Positions 14,189 to 25,366 of a stretch of DNA of 64,000 nucleotides are shown here, one piece after another. Position 1 is the first letter of the stretch. Every line of letters begins with the position of its first letter. A program made the translations under genes and the position numbers. A model generated the notes under the pieces. It was not told the origin of the DNA, did not search any database, and worked only from the letters and a program-made list of their open reading frames with translations. Where the stretch lies: positions 2,721,060-2,785,059 of the forward strand of contig NW_003314269.1 in NCBI RefSeq assembly GCF_000143415.4. The letters run 5' to 3'. Origin of the DNA: Selaginella moellendorffii (taxonomy: Eukaryota > Plantae > Lycopodiophyta).

Positions 14189-14594
14189 ATGGCTTTCTTG
14201 ATCTGCAGCATGGTTAGTAAATTATTTATCAATTATTTACAAACTCCACTACTAACTCTTTAAAATGCAGGGCTGTGACGATTTTTCAGACTCTTGCGGT
14301 GATGTATCGTATTCAAATGGTGTATTGTCTGCAGAGTGCAACAACATTGATAACAAACCAATTCCATCCAACATTAGCGTGAATGCTTACATCCAAAATA
14401 TAAATGGACAGCTGAGTTTTGATCGCTCTGGAAATGGCCATTTTAAAAAATCATGCTATAATGATAAACTAAATGGTACTAAGATTGTTGCTGATTGTTA
14501 TGATTTCAGTAAGCACCGCATAACATCTGATATAGACCTCAACGACATCTTTTACAACAACTATGGCCACCTTGATCCATGTTTGGTTTGGTAA
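14189..14594 (+). CDS. Cyanovirin-N homolog (CVNH) lectin, probably secreted
   Basis: Two repeats of the CVNH pattern F-x-x-SC...L/I-x-A-x-C...S-x-I-x-L/V-N...N-x-x-G-x-L. A hydrophobic upstream exon (VAALILLLRFGIFISMAFLICSM) joins through a phase-0 intron GTTAGT...TGCAG. The start codon is uncertain. Confidence 0.85.
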
Positions 14595-14689
14595 CGATTA
14601 TCTTACTTCTCAATATTTTATCACGGAAGACTGGTAAGAAATTAAAAATAAAAAAGAAAGAAATAATTAAATGCCATGAATGAAATAAA

Positions 14690-17600
14690 ACATTAGTCCC
14701 CTTGATCACATTCTTCTTTGCCGTTGTCAATGTGGATGCTCACCAGAAGATGTCATCACACCAGATCATTGGTAACCAGCAAAGATTTGAAACACATTCT
14801 ACTTTTTCAGGGAATACTATGGATGAATCGTCTGGTGAGTTTCTAGGGGATCATGTGGCAAGTGCTTGTTAGTGATGATTGCTTTTTCAGTGGAAGGTCG
14901 AGAAACAGAGACTTTACGACTATTTCAAATGCACAAGCAGCAGCAGTAGCAGCAGCAACGCAGGACATTGCATGAAACACAGGATCATCCAACGACTTCT
15001 TGCCGAATCTCCAAAGTCAAGTCCAAAGCCTGGTTCGGGAACCAAGGCAACATCACCTTCTTCAACGCCAGCATTGGCCACTGCTCCATCCACGAGAGCA
15101 TCTGCGCCCTTCACTGGCACTGTACCAGTTGCGTCTCCAATTGTGACTGTCCCGGTTACGGCTCCAGTGTCATCGCCACCTATGGCAACTTCTCCACCAG
15201 TGGCTAGTCCAGTTGTGGCTCCTCCTGTCACTACTCCGGTTGTGGCTTCGACTCTGGTAATGTCACCACTCTTGGCAACTCCAGTGGTGTCTTGGCAACT
15301 CCAGTCACTGCTCCAGTTGTCTCAGATACTCCAGTTACGACTGGAGGATAGCTCCTTCAGTCGCGACTCCAGTGTCAACCCCGCCAGTGGCTGCTCCAGT
15401 CGTTACGCCTGTGGCTGTGCCTGTGGTGCAGTGGCTCCAGTTGCAGTTCCAGTGACAGCTCCAGTCGAGCCCCTGGTTGTTGCTCCGTGGCAGCTCCAGT
15501 TATGCCTCCTGCTCCAGTCTCGTATCAAGTTGTGGCTCCAGCTCCTTCTCCAAAGAAGCACAAGAGATCCCCGGTGCTAGCACCAGCTCCAATCCTGGGA
15601 CCACCTCCAGTTTCATCACCAATATCTCCAGCTACCTCAGTAGAAGCCCTTGACTGAAACAAACAAGAGAGCAAACCCCAAGCCAACCAGGCGTTATGGC
15701 TTTAAATCCCATATGCCATAGAATATTCTTAGATTATTCTTATGGTTTGTGTCATTCTCCCCTCCCTCATGACTTAGCCACGTACGGCAGCCTTAAGAAG
15801 CTAAACAAGCCTCACATGAAGGGAGTCGAAGGCGTATTGAGCCATGGAGAAAAGATGGCAAACGACAAAACTAATGTCGTGATAAATGGCTACGAAAGAA
15901 AGAAAACAATATGGTTTTCTTGCATGATAATATAGTCATGAAAACAAGAGAATGAGAATAGAATAAATAACTTAAATCATATAATAATACGGTTATAGAA
16001 CTCAATTCTCCCCTTCCTTAGGAATATTATCTAAGTCATAACCAAAACTTGGAAACACTCTCTTCATGTCATCTTTAGTTTCTGATGTAATTTCATCCAT
16101 AGAATAACCATTCCATTAAACTAACAACTCCTTAGTTGTTTTCTAGTGTGTTTTCACTAATCTTTGAGCAAGAATGTTGGCTAGTTCAACTTTCTTAGCA
16201 TTAATCTTTGGGATCTGGATGATGGACTGATCCATGATATCACCAAAGTGCAAACACATTTTAAGTTTGCTCACATGGAACATTAGATGAATCTTTGAAT
16301 TAGCTAGCAATTCCAAAATGTATGTAAGATCTCCCACACGCTGTAAAATTGTCCAAGGCCCACAATATCGTGGAAACAACTTAGCACTACTACCTCCTTT
16401 CAGAAACCGTTGTGCATCTAATAGCTTAAGGAAAACTTTATCACCAACTTTGTATTCTTGATGATAATGATGCTTATTAGCCAATCTTTTGTCTTGATCT
16501 TGAACTTACCTCACGTTCAACTTTGCCATCTCAAGCTTGTTTTGAAGAAATCACAAGCATGAGGTACCCGAACCAAAGCTAAACTCAAACTCACAGGAGA
16601 CTTAGGCTTATAACCACATATCACCATAAATGGAAACATGCTAATAGCTGATTGATATGTGTTGTGTCTACCCATCTGATTGTGGATGCTCACCACTACT
16701 CATGCTCAATTTAATCTCTAGCTTCTCAAAGACTGTTTGCCAAAACTTGGATGTGAACTTGGGTTCTGAATCACTCACAATGTCATTCAGGAAACCATAG
16801 AGACTAAATAACAGGTCTATAAACAACTAAGTAAATTCAAAAGCTTTTATTGTCGTCTTCACAGGGAAGAAGTGAACCATCTTCGTCAAATGATTCACAA
16901 CAACCCAAATAGCATCATTTCCTTGAAAGGTCTTAGGCAAACCAATGATAAAGTCTATCAAAATGCTATCCCATTTATTCTTAGATACACATAAAGGATG
17001 ATAGAGGCTAGTGAGCTTCTGATGACCAACTTTGACTACTTGGGAAGTCAAACAACCATGTACGTACTTCTCAACATCTGACTTCATCCCAAGCCAAAAG
17101 AAATGCCTCTTCACCAATATATACGTTCTAAGTACTTTCGGATGGCCAGCATTTGGCACATCATGACACTCAAGTAAAATCCATTTGATGAATTTGTCCA
17201 CACAAGGAATCATTACATGTCCTTTCTTCACTAGGATTCCATCTCATATCTCGAATGATGCAAACTTTTCACTCTTCAAATCTGTAAAGGCTTCCCTCAA
17301 GAAAACCTTTGCACGAATATCAATGATAAAGGAGTTAAAGTTAAAATACTCTTTAAGCTCATCCAAGAGATTGTTGGATAGCTTCACAGATAAGATAGAA
17401 TTTACCATCCTAGATAATGCATTAGCCACCTTATTATCACCTCCATGCTTGTACTAGATTTTAATAGACATTTCTTGCATGAACTCTTGCTAAGGAATGA
17501 GGCAGCTTTAGAGATCCTTTTGTCGACTAAAATATTGGAGAAACTGATGATTTGAATCCACATGGAAGTCCAATCTATATAAATAATGTCACTATTCCTT

Positions 17601-19071
17601 CACAGTAGTGATCACAACATACAACTCTTTATCTTGAGTAGGCCAATTCCACTGTATGGCATCAAGCTTATGTAAAATGGCTCCAATAACAATGTCACTT
17701 GCATTTGTCTCAATCACAAAAAACTAGATATGGAAGATCTATTATAACAAATGCTTGAGCTATATCCACGATGGATCCTACTACATTCACTTTAGGATTC
17801 ATTGACCTTTTCAAAACAATCCTTACCCTAATGTCTAGCCCTATAGCAATGAAAACAATTGCCCTCCACCGTATCTTTCTCCCATTGGTCCAAATGAAGT
17901 TTCTTAGCCTCAGTGTCATTTTCACTCTTCGAGCCATAATGGAATAATAGTTGTTTCTTCCCTGAATATGAAGCATTAGTGAGCATGTTGACTACCCTAT
18001 AGACCATCCTGTTGACCAGAGTTGACCAAGTTGACTGACAGTTAGGGTGAAAAGATTTGAGCCTTAGTGATAGCATCAGTCAACATTGCTAAAAAACCCT
18101 TCTTGACCTTTTGTTGCACATCCACTAAGCTTAAACCTTTGATGAAACATTGCATCTTTAACAACTCATTATAAGTGCTTGTGAGACTAAAGAAAATATC
18201 ACGAAACTTGTGGGCATATGCATCCAAAGACAAAGTCCCCTACCGGATCTCTAACAATTGGTTCATAACATCAATCTTTTCAAACTTCTTGATAAATGAA
18301 GTGTGAAAAACCTTTGTCAAATCAATCTAAGAAGTCAATTTTAGATTAGCTTTGATGTAGTTCTTCCACCACAAAGAAGCATGGCCTATAAGTTACATCA
18401 CAAAAAAATCAATTTTGACCTTATCCTCATAAGGATTGTGAGATCAACAACTTTTCCACAATTCCAACCAAAAATCAACCTCTTGACTATCATAAACATC
18501 TGGTGATGACTTCCATTCCATGATACCATAATCTTTGACATGTTTGACATACCAATGATAATTACAGACATGAGATTTATTCAACCTTTGAGGGTTCATA
18601 TGAAGCAAGAAATCCTTAATAAGATTGACAGAATCCTTAACCTCCTTTATGTTGCTTTGAACTTCGCAAATTTAGTGTCCTTGCTACACAATGACATGAT
18701 CAAAAGTTTCTTCCTCGTCATCATGGCCACCATCACTAACACCATACTCCTCATTAGGATCAACATCTTGCTCATCTGCCATCCCCAAAAGAACATGCTA
18801 CTCTGATACCAATGAAACAAAAAAGAGAGCAAACCCCCCAACCTTTAAGGTGTTATGGCCTTAAATCCCACAGGCCATAAAATATTTTTAGAATATTCCC
18901 ATGGTGATTTTGCATAACCACTACAGTATCCTATAAGTTCTTATTTCTTTGCGTTTTTCTCTTTGCTATTTGTACTTCCTGATTTTTGGTGTTCACTTTC
19001 AGAGTAGAAGATTGATGCCTAGATCACTACTTCTCATGGCATTTTCTCTGGTTCTGGTGATATTTATGTGA
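14690..19071 (+). pseudogene. Lysine-rich arabinogalactan protein (AGP17/18/19-like) pseudogene split by a chromovirus
   Basis: Signal-like LVPLITFFFAVVNVDA, a frameshifted PAST-rich body and PAPSPKKHKRSP end at 15654. After the TE, acceptor TTTCAG opens exon 19003-19071 SRRLMPRSLLLMAFSLVLVIFM* (GPI-signal-like). Confidence 0.7.
15655..18905 (-). mobile_element. Internally deleted Ty3/Gypsy chromovirus
   Basis: 3' LTR 15655-16004, PPT at ~16005-16019, PBS TGGTATCAGAG (tRNA-Met) at 18801-18811 and a truncated 5' LTR from 18813. Coding remnants: gag with CFHCYRARH, RNase H, integrase (HDVPNAGHP, YCGPW) and chromodomain ELLV*WNGYSMDEITSE. No protease or RT seen. Confidence 0.88.
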
Positions 19072-19850
19072 TTTATTTTTCTGCACTACTACTGCTGCTG
19101 CTGTTGCCAAGAAGGCCATTTCTCCTCTTTGCAAAACTAAGTGGCCATGAGAACCAGATGCATCTCAGAATGATAAACATAAACCTCCACAAAAGAGCCA
19201 GAAGTTCCTTGGATTGAAATCATCTATACACTATACAAACAAAGAGGAATAGAGGACGATACACAAAGGATTACACTACAGCCTATACAAACTCATAGAT
19301 AATTTTTGAGCAGGTTTAAGAACAGCCAGGGATGAGGCAGTAGCAATGTTGTATGCACTCAGCTGGTAGATTCCTGCCTCACAGCTCTATTTTAATGAAG
19401 CCAAAATATTTTTTGTCAGAATGGTGCATATTTTGTTGCCTTACAGTAGCATATTTTGCTTTGAGCTATTGCTTCATCTCATTCGGACCTCTTTAAAATT
19501 CAAGAAGCATTTCCAGTAAAAAAGGCCAAGCAAGTTCGTTGCATGCAAGATTTCTACTCGCCCATACCTTTGTTTGGGCACATATAAAAGTATTAGAACC
19601 CATGAGTAGGATAGCATATAATGTATTAACTTAGTCAGTGGTTAAAAAGAAAAGCAAAGAAAAGAAAAGAGCTTTTGTTCACATATCACATATCTAGTGA
19701 GAATATAGCTCCCTAAGTAGTGAATTGAAAGAAATCTTAAATTTGTAGGGAGTTTGTGGAGTGCAATAGTCTAAATGTAAATATTATAGTAGAATGTGGA
19801 GATTTTATTCCCTTTATGGTTTTATTTTTCCCATATATATATATATATAC

Positions 19851-21790
19851 TAGAAGTTTGGAGCTTGACCTTCTAGAGCCTCCAAAGGCAACTTAACTGA
19901 AAACACCCATGATTCATTGGTTGAGCCAAGATGTGAGACACAAAATCCCTAGGCCCCAAAGTGGAGCTGAAAGGGTGCCATATGGTAGTGGTTGAGGTAG
20001 AAGCCTAATGAGCGTAATATATTTGGATTAAAAGCTCTGACTCAAGAAGTCGAGAGCGAGAGTGAAACTCCTAACAAAGTGCTCGAAGAATGAGCATGAA
20101 GCAAGTAATGAGTGAGTCTCTAAAAAAGGGACACAAGAGGACTAACACATAACACATAAAAGTGTCTAAGATGGAGTTCGAGATGGACTCGAAATGGAGT
20201 CCAAAATGGACCCAAGATAGAGTCCAAGATGGACCCAAGATGGACCCAAGATGGACTCTAAGATGGACCTGAGATAGAGTCTGAGATGGAATCGAGACTA
20301 AGACCGAGTCCAAGTCTGAAACCGAGACCGAGTTCGAGTTCGAGTCCAAAATCGAGACTGAGACTAAGACCGAGTCCGAGTCCGAGTTTGAATATTAATA
20401 CAAGCTATTGGGTGAAAGCCCAAAGTGATGATCCCCCAAGGGGGGTGGGGTTACAGGAGGTTCCAAAAGTATAGTAGGGAGAGTGTGGGGGTTGGACCCC
20501 AGTGGAGCTAATTTGGCCAAGAAAGGCCAATGTGACCTAGGAAGGCTATGCCTACATGTTAGGTGATGATATATCTACTTAGGGGTCCAAGGCTAGAGTG
20601 AATACAGATTGACAAGCAGGGTAGCTTGGTGAAGTGTTCAAGAGCTGACTTTAGTTCCCCTGTGAGATCGAATGGTTGATGCTCCCAGTCCAAGCATAGG
20701 TGGCACTACCTACTTGGATATATAGTGTGGCTCAATGAAACCTCACTCTAAGCCCATGGCTAAAGCACCCAAAGGCGGAAGGTGGGGAGAGTACCCATGA
20801 GGCTTGCGTAAGGCTACGATGTTTCGAAATATTGTCCCAAAATCCCAAACTATGGAAAGGAAGAGAAGCAATCTTCTGGTGTAGTGACCAAGGATATGGT
20901 CATATGGTGAGGAAGTCCTAGAGGACAATGGGATTTAGTGGTCAGGCCTATGGGCCTTGATACAGTGGCAATGTTGGTGAACATAGCGATGGCAGAAAGG
21001 GATTTGATAGGGACTGAAAAAAGGATATTGGGAAAGGTTGTTCCCTATATCTATTGGCATTTTAAGGATGTTAAAGAGTGGATCTAGGATAATCACTCAT
21101 GGATAGATGGCCCAATCTTTGCGAGATGAGACTATGATGTAGATGGTGTTGAATCACCGGTGTGACAAAAGTGAATAGGCATGGCCTTAGCATAACAGGC
21201 TAATATGTCAGTGGTACCTTTGGGTGTTGATCATGGGATCAGACACGTGGAGCATTTGGACCAAGTACAATGGATGAGTTGCATAAATGCCATTTTCGGG
21301 GCTAACAAGTCCTTAAGTCTGGAATAGGATTTATGCAAGTTGTGAGTGAGACTCTTCCAAGTGGTCAAAGGTGTGCTTAAGTAACTAAAGTAGAATGGAA
21401 AAATTTAGTTGTTCACACTGTGCTCTTGAGAATGGCTGCCAACAACGCTCTCAACACTTGAGTTTCACAATAGCCTTACATCAACCCTTTCTTCTCTCTT
21501 GGCTCGAGGTATGCATTGTCATTTTAGTAAATGCTTAATTTATTGGTTGATGAAATTTCTATTTTTTGCAACTCAATCACTTCATAATGCAACTGCAGAT
21601 TCTAGGTTCCTTGGCTTCCTCCCAACTATTACAGTATGGTATCTTGTGACATCTTGCAAATGTGTTTTACAAAGTTAAAATAGCATAGTGTTAGATTGCT
21701 AGACAATAGTTTTGGAGGTGACAAACTTGTTTTTCATTTACAAGCATCAACTTTGTCAATACATAGGACTGTAAATCACTGATTTTGTGT
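19851..21790 (+). pseudogene. RPN2 3'-fragment pseudogene, interrupted by a solo LTR
   Basis: 19851-19931 matches ~1322-1427. 21418-21790 matches ~1440-1475 and ~1643-2010, including the last intron, the stop codon and the 3' UTR. Confidence 0.85.
19932..21417. mobile_element. Solo LTR (family B), older copy with a short minisatellite
   Basis: TGTGAGACAC...TTAGTTGTTCACA, colinear with 7803-9526. No clean TSD (flanks CAAGA / CTGTG). Confidence 0.88.
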
Positions 21791-23567
21791 TATTTATATT
21801 CCATAGAATGATAGTACTTTGGCCTTTCTTATCAAGCTAATTAAGAAAAATTCTTCTAACTATAACATGGATTCCTAATGGCTAAAATCTCATTTTTAGA
21901 AGTTATAAGTATCACTCTGTGTATTATTGCTTATAATTATCTAAAACATGTAATATTAATTATGCAAAGCACAATTCACTTTTGAATGTTGTAAGTTTCT
22001 GGACAATCCATGTAATTGTTGGAGATTACTTCTGATTATATATCTATCTTCTACACTCAAAAGTAAACAATAAAGAACTTATAATTTATATGTGCTTAAT
22101 CATTACATATATCTTGATGAAGCTAGCAAATTGTTTCTTTGTATCCATACATTGCTCAAAATAGCACAATGGAGCTATATAGAATCTATATTTCAAAAGA
22201 AAATAATAACCATAAGCATGTGCTTTCGATATGATTATTTATATGTAGTGTTACACTTGTTTCCATGTGCAAGAGAAAAACTCACTTCAATTGTGAGAAA
22301 TAATGCTATGTACATAGGAAAAATATAGTCACTATAACTCACAACTCGCAAATAAAAAATTAATTGTTGCTTACATACAAATATTTACAGTCGATCCTTG
22401 AGAAATCACGATGGCTGGATTGAGAAAAAAAATCACATACCTTACTACAACACTTTGGTGAAGACAGCCACAAGAAAAAACTTGCATTTGTGGCCAACTT
22501 GCAATTGATCCTAGTCAATGTCAATGTGTGACCACTAATTGACCCTTGCCCTCTAGATGCACAATGATGCATTGCAATGCCCATAAATGTGAGAAAAAAC
22601 CTCACACTGTAATGGATGATACTTGTAAAAATCTTGGCTGCTTGTTATATGCTCAAGAGAGAAGCCAAGAGCTCAAAAAAGAATGTGCTAGGTAGATGTC
22701 ACTCTCATGAGTTAAAAAACCCTCACTTTACCCTTTCTGATGTCAATGTGTATTTATGATGTGGTGGGACCCATGAGAACTCATCCAAATGCATACACAT
22801 ACACATCACTTTCCAATCCCTACAGCAATTGAAATGTGATGTAAGTATGTTTGCAAATTTCGTAAAAAGTAACACTAGAAGTTCATATTGACTATTCTTC
22901 TAGGTTTGGGATCTGAGCCTCACCATCAGTTCATTATTGTCTCATCCTTATGTAATTGTCACTGTTCCTATTCTTTTTTAAAGATAAAAAATATCATCTA
23001 AAATTTTAGCTTCTTGAAGAATAGTAGAAGCATTCAAATTAATGCTGCATCAATAATCACCAATGGTACTTCTAAATAATATCAAATTAATCCCAGGAAT
23101 CATATTAGAAAAATTGGCAAATTCATTTATAAATTTTTCATTAGAAATCCCTGCCACTATTGTTAGTGTATGATAATTAATCTTCACAAACCTTGACCAG
23201 CTACAAGATCTTATATCTATCTATTTATCTATCTATATAATTAGCATGAAAATAGACTATATTAATTCTTGAAGGTTTCAATCTAAACCTAATACTTTTG
23301 AAACAAAAAATCTCTTGCAGCTCACCCTTGTTGCGCAATGCGGTATCTTTTCCCGCGAGGTGATCAAAACGGCACAGCCTTGCAAAAAAGTGTCGGTGAT
23401 AAAATGGAACGTTCTTTATTTACTTGAATCGTCAGCTTCGCCAAAGCAAGGCTGAATCTTCCCCACATCTTTCACTAGAAACATAATAATCGTTAGTTGT
23501 GTGCGTCATGTCTACCAGGAGTAGACATTGCAACTTATTCTCCCACGGATAATGCAGGCGCTCCCTG

Positions 23568-24284
23568 TCAACAGCTCCCATTCGCGGCGGCGGCGGGAGC
23601 TCCCGCGTCCCCGGAGCAGTCATAGCTGGAGAGGAAGCCGTGCTGGGCCAAGTAATCCACCACCGTCTGCGCCATGGAGTGGAGCGAGACCGCGGAGCCA
23701 TCCCCGGCATCGAAAGCTCTCAAGCAAATCTCCGGCCGGAGCGGGCGCTCGTAAGGATCGTCAATCCCCGTGAAGCCCTTGATGACGCCCGCCCGCGCCA
23801 TCCTGTACAGCCCCTTGCAGTCGCGCTGCTCGCATACCTCGAGAGGGACATCCATGAACACCTCGATGAAGCTGGGCGATCCGACCGAGGAGCGCACGGC
23901 GTCGCGGTGGGATCGATACGGCGAGATGAGGCTGACGAGGGTGACGAGCCCCGCGTCGGCGAAGAGCTTGGCGACCTCGCCCACGCGGCGGATGTTCTCG
24001 GCGCGGTCGGCGGCGGAGAAGCCCAGGTTGCTGTTGAGGCCGTGGCGGACGTTGTCGCCGTCGAGGACGTAGGCGAGCTTGCCCAGCGCCGCCAGCCGCG
24101 TCTCGAGCGCGCACGCCACGGAGCTCTTGCCGGAGCCGCTCAGCCCCGTGAACCAGACGATGCAGCCCTTTTGGCGGAGGAGATTGCTGCGCTGGATCTT
24201 GGTCACACACCCCGCGTGCCATTTGATGTTGCTGCTGCTCGGGCACAGCGGCGGTGGCGGAGGAGTAGCGGCGTCGCCGCCCAT
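23568..24284 (-). CDS. APK: Adenylyl-sulfate (APS) kinase, intronless, no obvious transit peptide
   Basis: NIKWH, P-loop WFTGLSGSGKS, LDGDNVRHGLN, ENIRRVGEVAKLF, SLISPY and FTGIDDPYE motifs. First ATG at 24284. Confidence 0.95.
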   Translation of the reverse strand: MGGDAATPPPPPLCPSSSNIKWHAGCVTKIQRSNLLRQKGCIVWFTGLSGSGKSSVACALETRLAALGKLAYVLDGDNVRHGLNSNLGFSAADRAENIRRVGEVAKLFADAGLVTLVSLISPYRSHRDAVRSSVGSPSFIEVFMDVPLEVCEQRDCKGLYRMARAGVIKGFTGIDDPYERPLRPEICLRAFDAGDGSAVSLHSMAQTVVDYLAQHGFLSSYDCSGDAGAPAAAANGSC

Positions 24285-24435
24285 CTGATCTGCCCGACCT
24301 AATCGATCGAGAATTTCTCCTTCTTTTCCTCCTCGCCCACAACAAAAAGAGACCAATCCAGGCCCGAGATCTTGGAGAAAGTTAAGAGAGAGAGAAGAGA
24401 GCATCTAATAATACCATTATAGCCGTAACAGGAAT

Positions 24436-25317
24436 CTATTGACAAATCCATGGCCGGGCACAAGCCATCGCGCAAACCATCGCCACCACGTAAATGCCCA
24501 GGTCCGCCGAGAGCGCCGCCGTGATCCTCCTGGCGGCCAGGAAAGCGTCGATGGCGTCGCCCCACATCCCCGGGATTCTCACGCCACCACTGTTCTTAAG
24601 CCGCGAAGAAAGTATCGTCGGCGTTTCCTTGGTGGTGCTGGTGGTGTTCTTGGATTTTAGCAGCGCCAGGGCGGCGACGAGCGCGATGCTGGTGGTGAAG
24701 AGCAGCATCGTCGGCTGGATAGCGGCGAAGAGGTTGTAGTCGTCCAGTTTGCCACTGCCACACTCGGCCGCCGTGCTCTGGAATGCCACCGTCACGGCGA
24801 TGGCCACCGCGAGGATTGCTCGAGCGAGCCTCGAGGACTCGATCGATGACAAGAGTGCCTTCCATGGGGAGATCGATGTTGCTCCGGACTTTGGCGTGGG
24901 AGCTGGGTTTGCTGCTGCTGGCTGATGATCCTGGCTAGGTGGTCTTCGTGTGAGATCGAGTTCTTCCAAACCTTTGCCACCATTTTCCTTTCCAGGATCC
25001 TTGTTTTGCTCTTGCTGCTGCTGATCACCGGATTGATCGTTCAGGGAGCTTAAAGGATCTTCCTCGATTTCTTGTTTTCGATCCAAGGAGCTGGCTGGTC
25101 TATCCTCGACCAGCTCTTTCTTCGTCAAATCCTTCTCTTTCTCCTCATCTACGACGAGAAAGGAAAGATCTTGAGCTGGACCCAATGGAATAGCATGATC
25201 TAGAGAAGGACGGCACTCACCCGGCACCAGAGATTTGCATTCTCCCGTAATGAAAGCCAAGCGATCAGCGCCGCGGCGAAGAATCCTCTGCCGCCTCGCC
25301 TCCCTCGCCTCCGCCAT
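24436..25317 (-). CDS. GET2: GET2/CAML-like ER receptor for tail-anchored proteins (G1IP-like)
   Basis: N-terminal REARRQRILRRGADRLAFITG basic motif, a disordered middle and three C-terminal hydrophobic segments. Confidence 0.8.
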   Translation of the reverse strand: MAEAREARRQRILRRGADRLAFITGECKSLVPGECRPSLDHAIPLGPAQDLSFLVVDEEKEKDLTKKELVEDRPASSLDRKQEIEEDPLSSLNDQSGDQQQQEQNKDPGKENGGKGLEELDLTRRPPSQDHQPAAANPAPTPKSGATSISPWKALLSSIESSRLARAILAVAIAVTVAFQSTAAECGSGKLDDYNLFAAIQPTMLLFTTSIALVAALALLKSKNTTSTTKETPTILSSRLKNSGGVRIPGMWGDAIDAFLAARRITAALSADLGIYVVAMVCAMACARPWICQ

Positions 25318-25366
25318 AGCTAGGGCTACACAAGAAACACACAAGAATTAAAACAATTTCTTCTGT

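Noticed and set aside
23640-24345. Overlapping and antisense ORFs over APK, and likewise over the PPR, RPP0 and HIPP genes
   Set aside because: Shadow ORFs caused by GC-rich or low-complexity codon usage, with no recognisable motifs.
24285-24404. N-terminal extension of APK shown in the ORF track as a possible transit peptide
   Set aside because: An in-frame ATG exists at 24404, but the 40-aa extension is only 31 bp from the GET2 stop and reads like a CT-rich UTR. 24284 is preferred, and the question is unresolved without 5' RACE.
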